Origin: Spirochaetia bacterium
GTDB lineage: Bacteria > Spirochaetota > Spirochaetia > DSM-2461
Direction of reading: 5' to 3'
Length of the DNA stretch: 64,000 bases
Assembly: GCA_963666985.2 (NCBI GenBank)
Contig: CAXXIA010000001.1
Location: 1,312,001 to 1,376,000, forward strand
The notes beneath the pieces are model-generated. The model was not told the DNA's origin. It made no database searches and was given only the letters and a program-made list of their open reading frames with translations. The position numbers and the translations under genes were made by a program. This document shows, one piece after another, positions 63,402 to 64,000 of this stretch (positions are counted from its first letter, which is position 1; every line of letters starts with the position of its first letter).

Positions 63402-63545
63402 CGTTCCGTTACCGATTTTCGGCCGGTTATCCGCGGCGAACGGCGGCTGATCGGCGATCGGCTCATCACGATCGCCCCGAAACCGAAGGAGAAGACTCTC
63501 CCCCGGCTTGGCCGCGGAATAAAAATACCGCCGAGGATTTCCGTT

Positions 63546-63992
63546 TCAGTACTGATTCGTGGATAAAAGGACCAAAGTACAGGCCTCGATCCAGGGGATT
63601 CCCGCTTCATCCAAAGCGGCCCGGGCCGTTTCCGATTCGGTTCCGGGATTGAAGATAACCCTTTTGGGAGCCGCCTTGATAATGTCTGGAATCATCGGCT
63701 CCAGATACCGAGGTCCGACATAGACCGTCAAGGTATCCAGTCCTTCGGGACCGGCGGTATTCGCCGCTTCGGCGGCATCCGAGACGCACGCTATCCCCTC
63801 GATATCCTTATAGGCCGGATTAATGGGAATAACCGGGTACCCGGCATCACGAAGCCTCGTCAGGGCCATGTACGAATACCGGTCGGCTTTCGGACTTGCG
63901 CCGATAACGGCTGTTGCACCGGATGTTTTCTTTTTTTGATTACCGGATACTCCGTTAAGTACCGATTCTGCCTGAGGATGATTCTGATTCAT
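63546..63992 (-). CDS. CoA-binding protein (YccU-like)
   Basis: VIGAS.K.DRYS, VIPINP, DTLTVYV, RVIFNPG, EACTLV. Confidence 0.88.
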   Translation of the reverse strand: MNQNHPQAESVLNGVSGNQKKKTSGATAVIGASPKADRYSYMALTRLRDAGYPVIPINPAYKDIEGIACVSDAAEAANTAGPEGLDTLTVYVGPRYLEPMIPDIIKAAPKRVIFNPGTESETARAALDEAGIPWIEACTLVLLSTNQY

Positions 63993-64000
63993 GTAACTCT

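Noticed and set aside
1..64000. CRISPR array, cas genes, integrase, transposase, reverse transcriptase, prophage, rRNA
   Set aside because: No regularly spaced repeats or diagnostic motifs seen by eye.

Overview
Chromosomal window of a spirochaete (Spirochaetia, inferred from FlaA, a CheA-CheW/CheR-CheX-CheY cluster, a spiro-SPASM protein, a BpuR-like PUR protein and a UPF0164 barrel). It is gene-dense and mostly on the minus strand. Core loci are ffh-rpsP-khpA-rimM-trmD-rplS, smc, flaA-che, amidase/GerMN, xseAB, murG-cvpA-holB-HK-sigma54 response regulator, dsbD and two tRNA-Val genes. I found no integrase, transposase, CRISPR array or rRNA. Most notable: (1) a six-gene, translationally coupled operon (20076-12542, minus) encoding a hypothetical protein, calcineurin-like phosphoesterase, membrane Ser/Thr kinase, two degenerate-FHA membrane proteins (one with a periplasmic vWA domain) and an orphan m6A methyltransferase; (2) related non-coding elements downstream of both tRNA-Val genes, each carrying an antisense copy of its own tRNA T-arm; (3) unusual domain architectures: tandem-PUR, DnaK-SBD-like/OmpA, UshA-like/Trx/CcdA, TIR-like/ankyrin and a short SMC without a canonical hinge motif; (4) a putative acylated nonulosonate glycan cluster upstream of flaA; (5) a giant periplasm-sensing PP2C phosphatase module; (6) several apparently leaderless genes. 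All family calls come from motif recognition by eye; no database searches were run.
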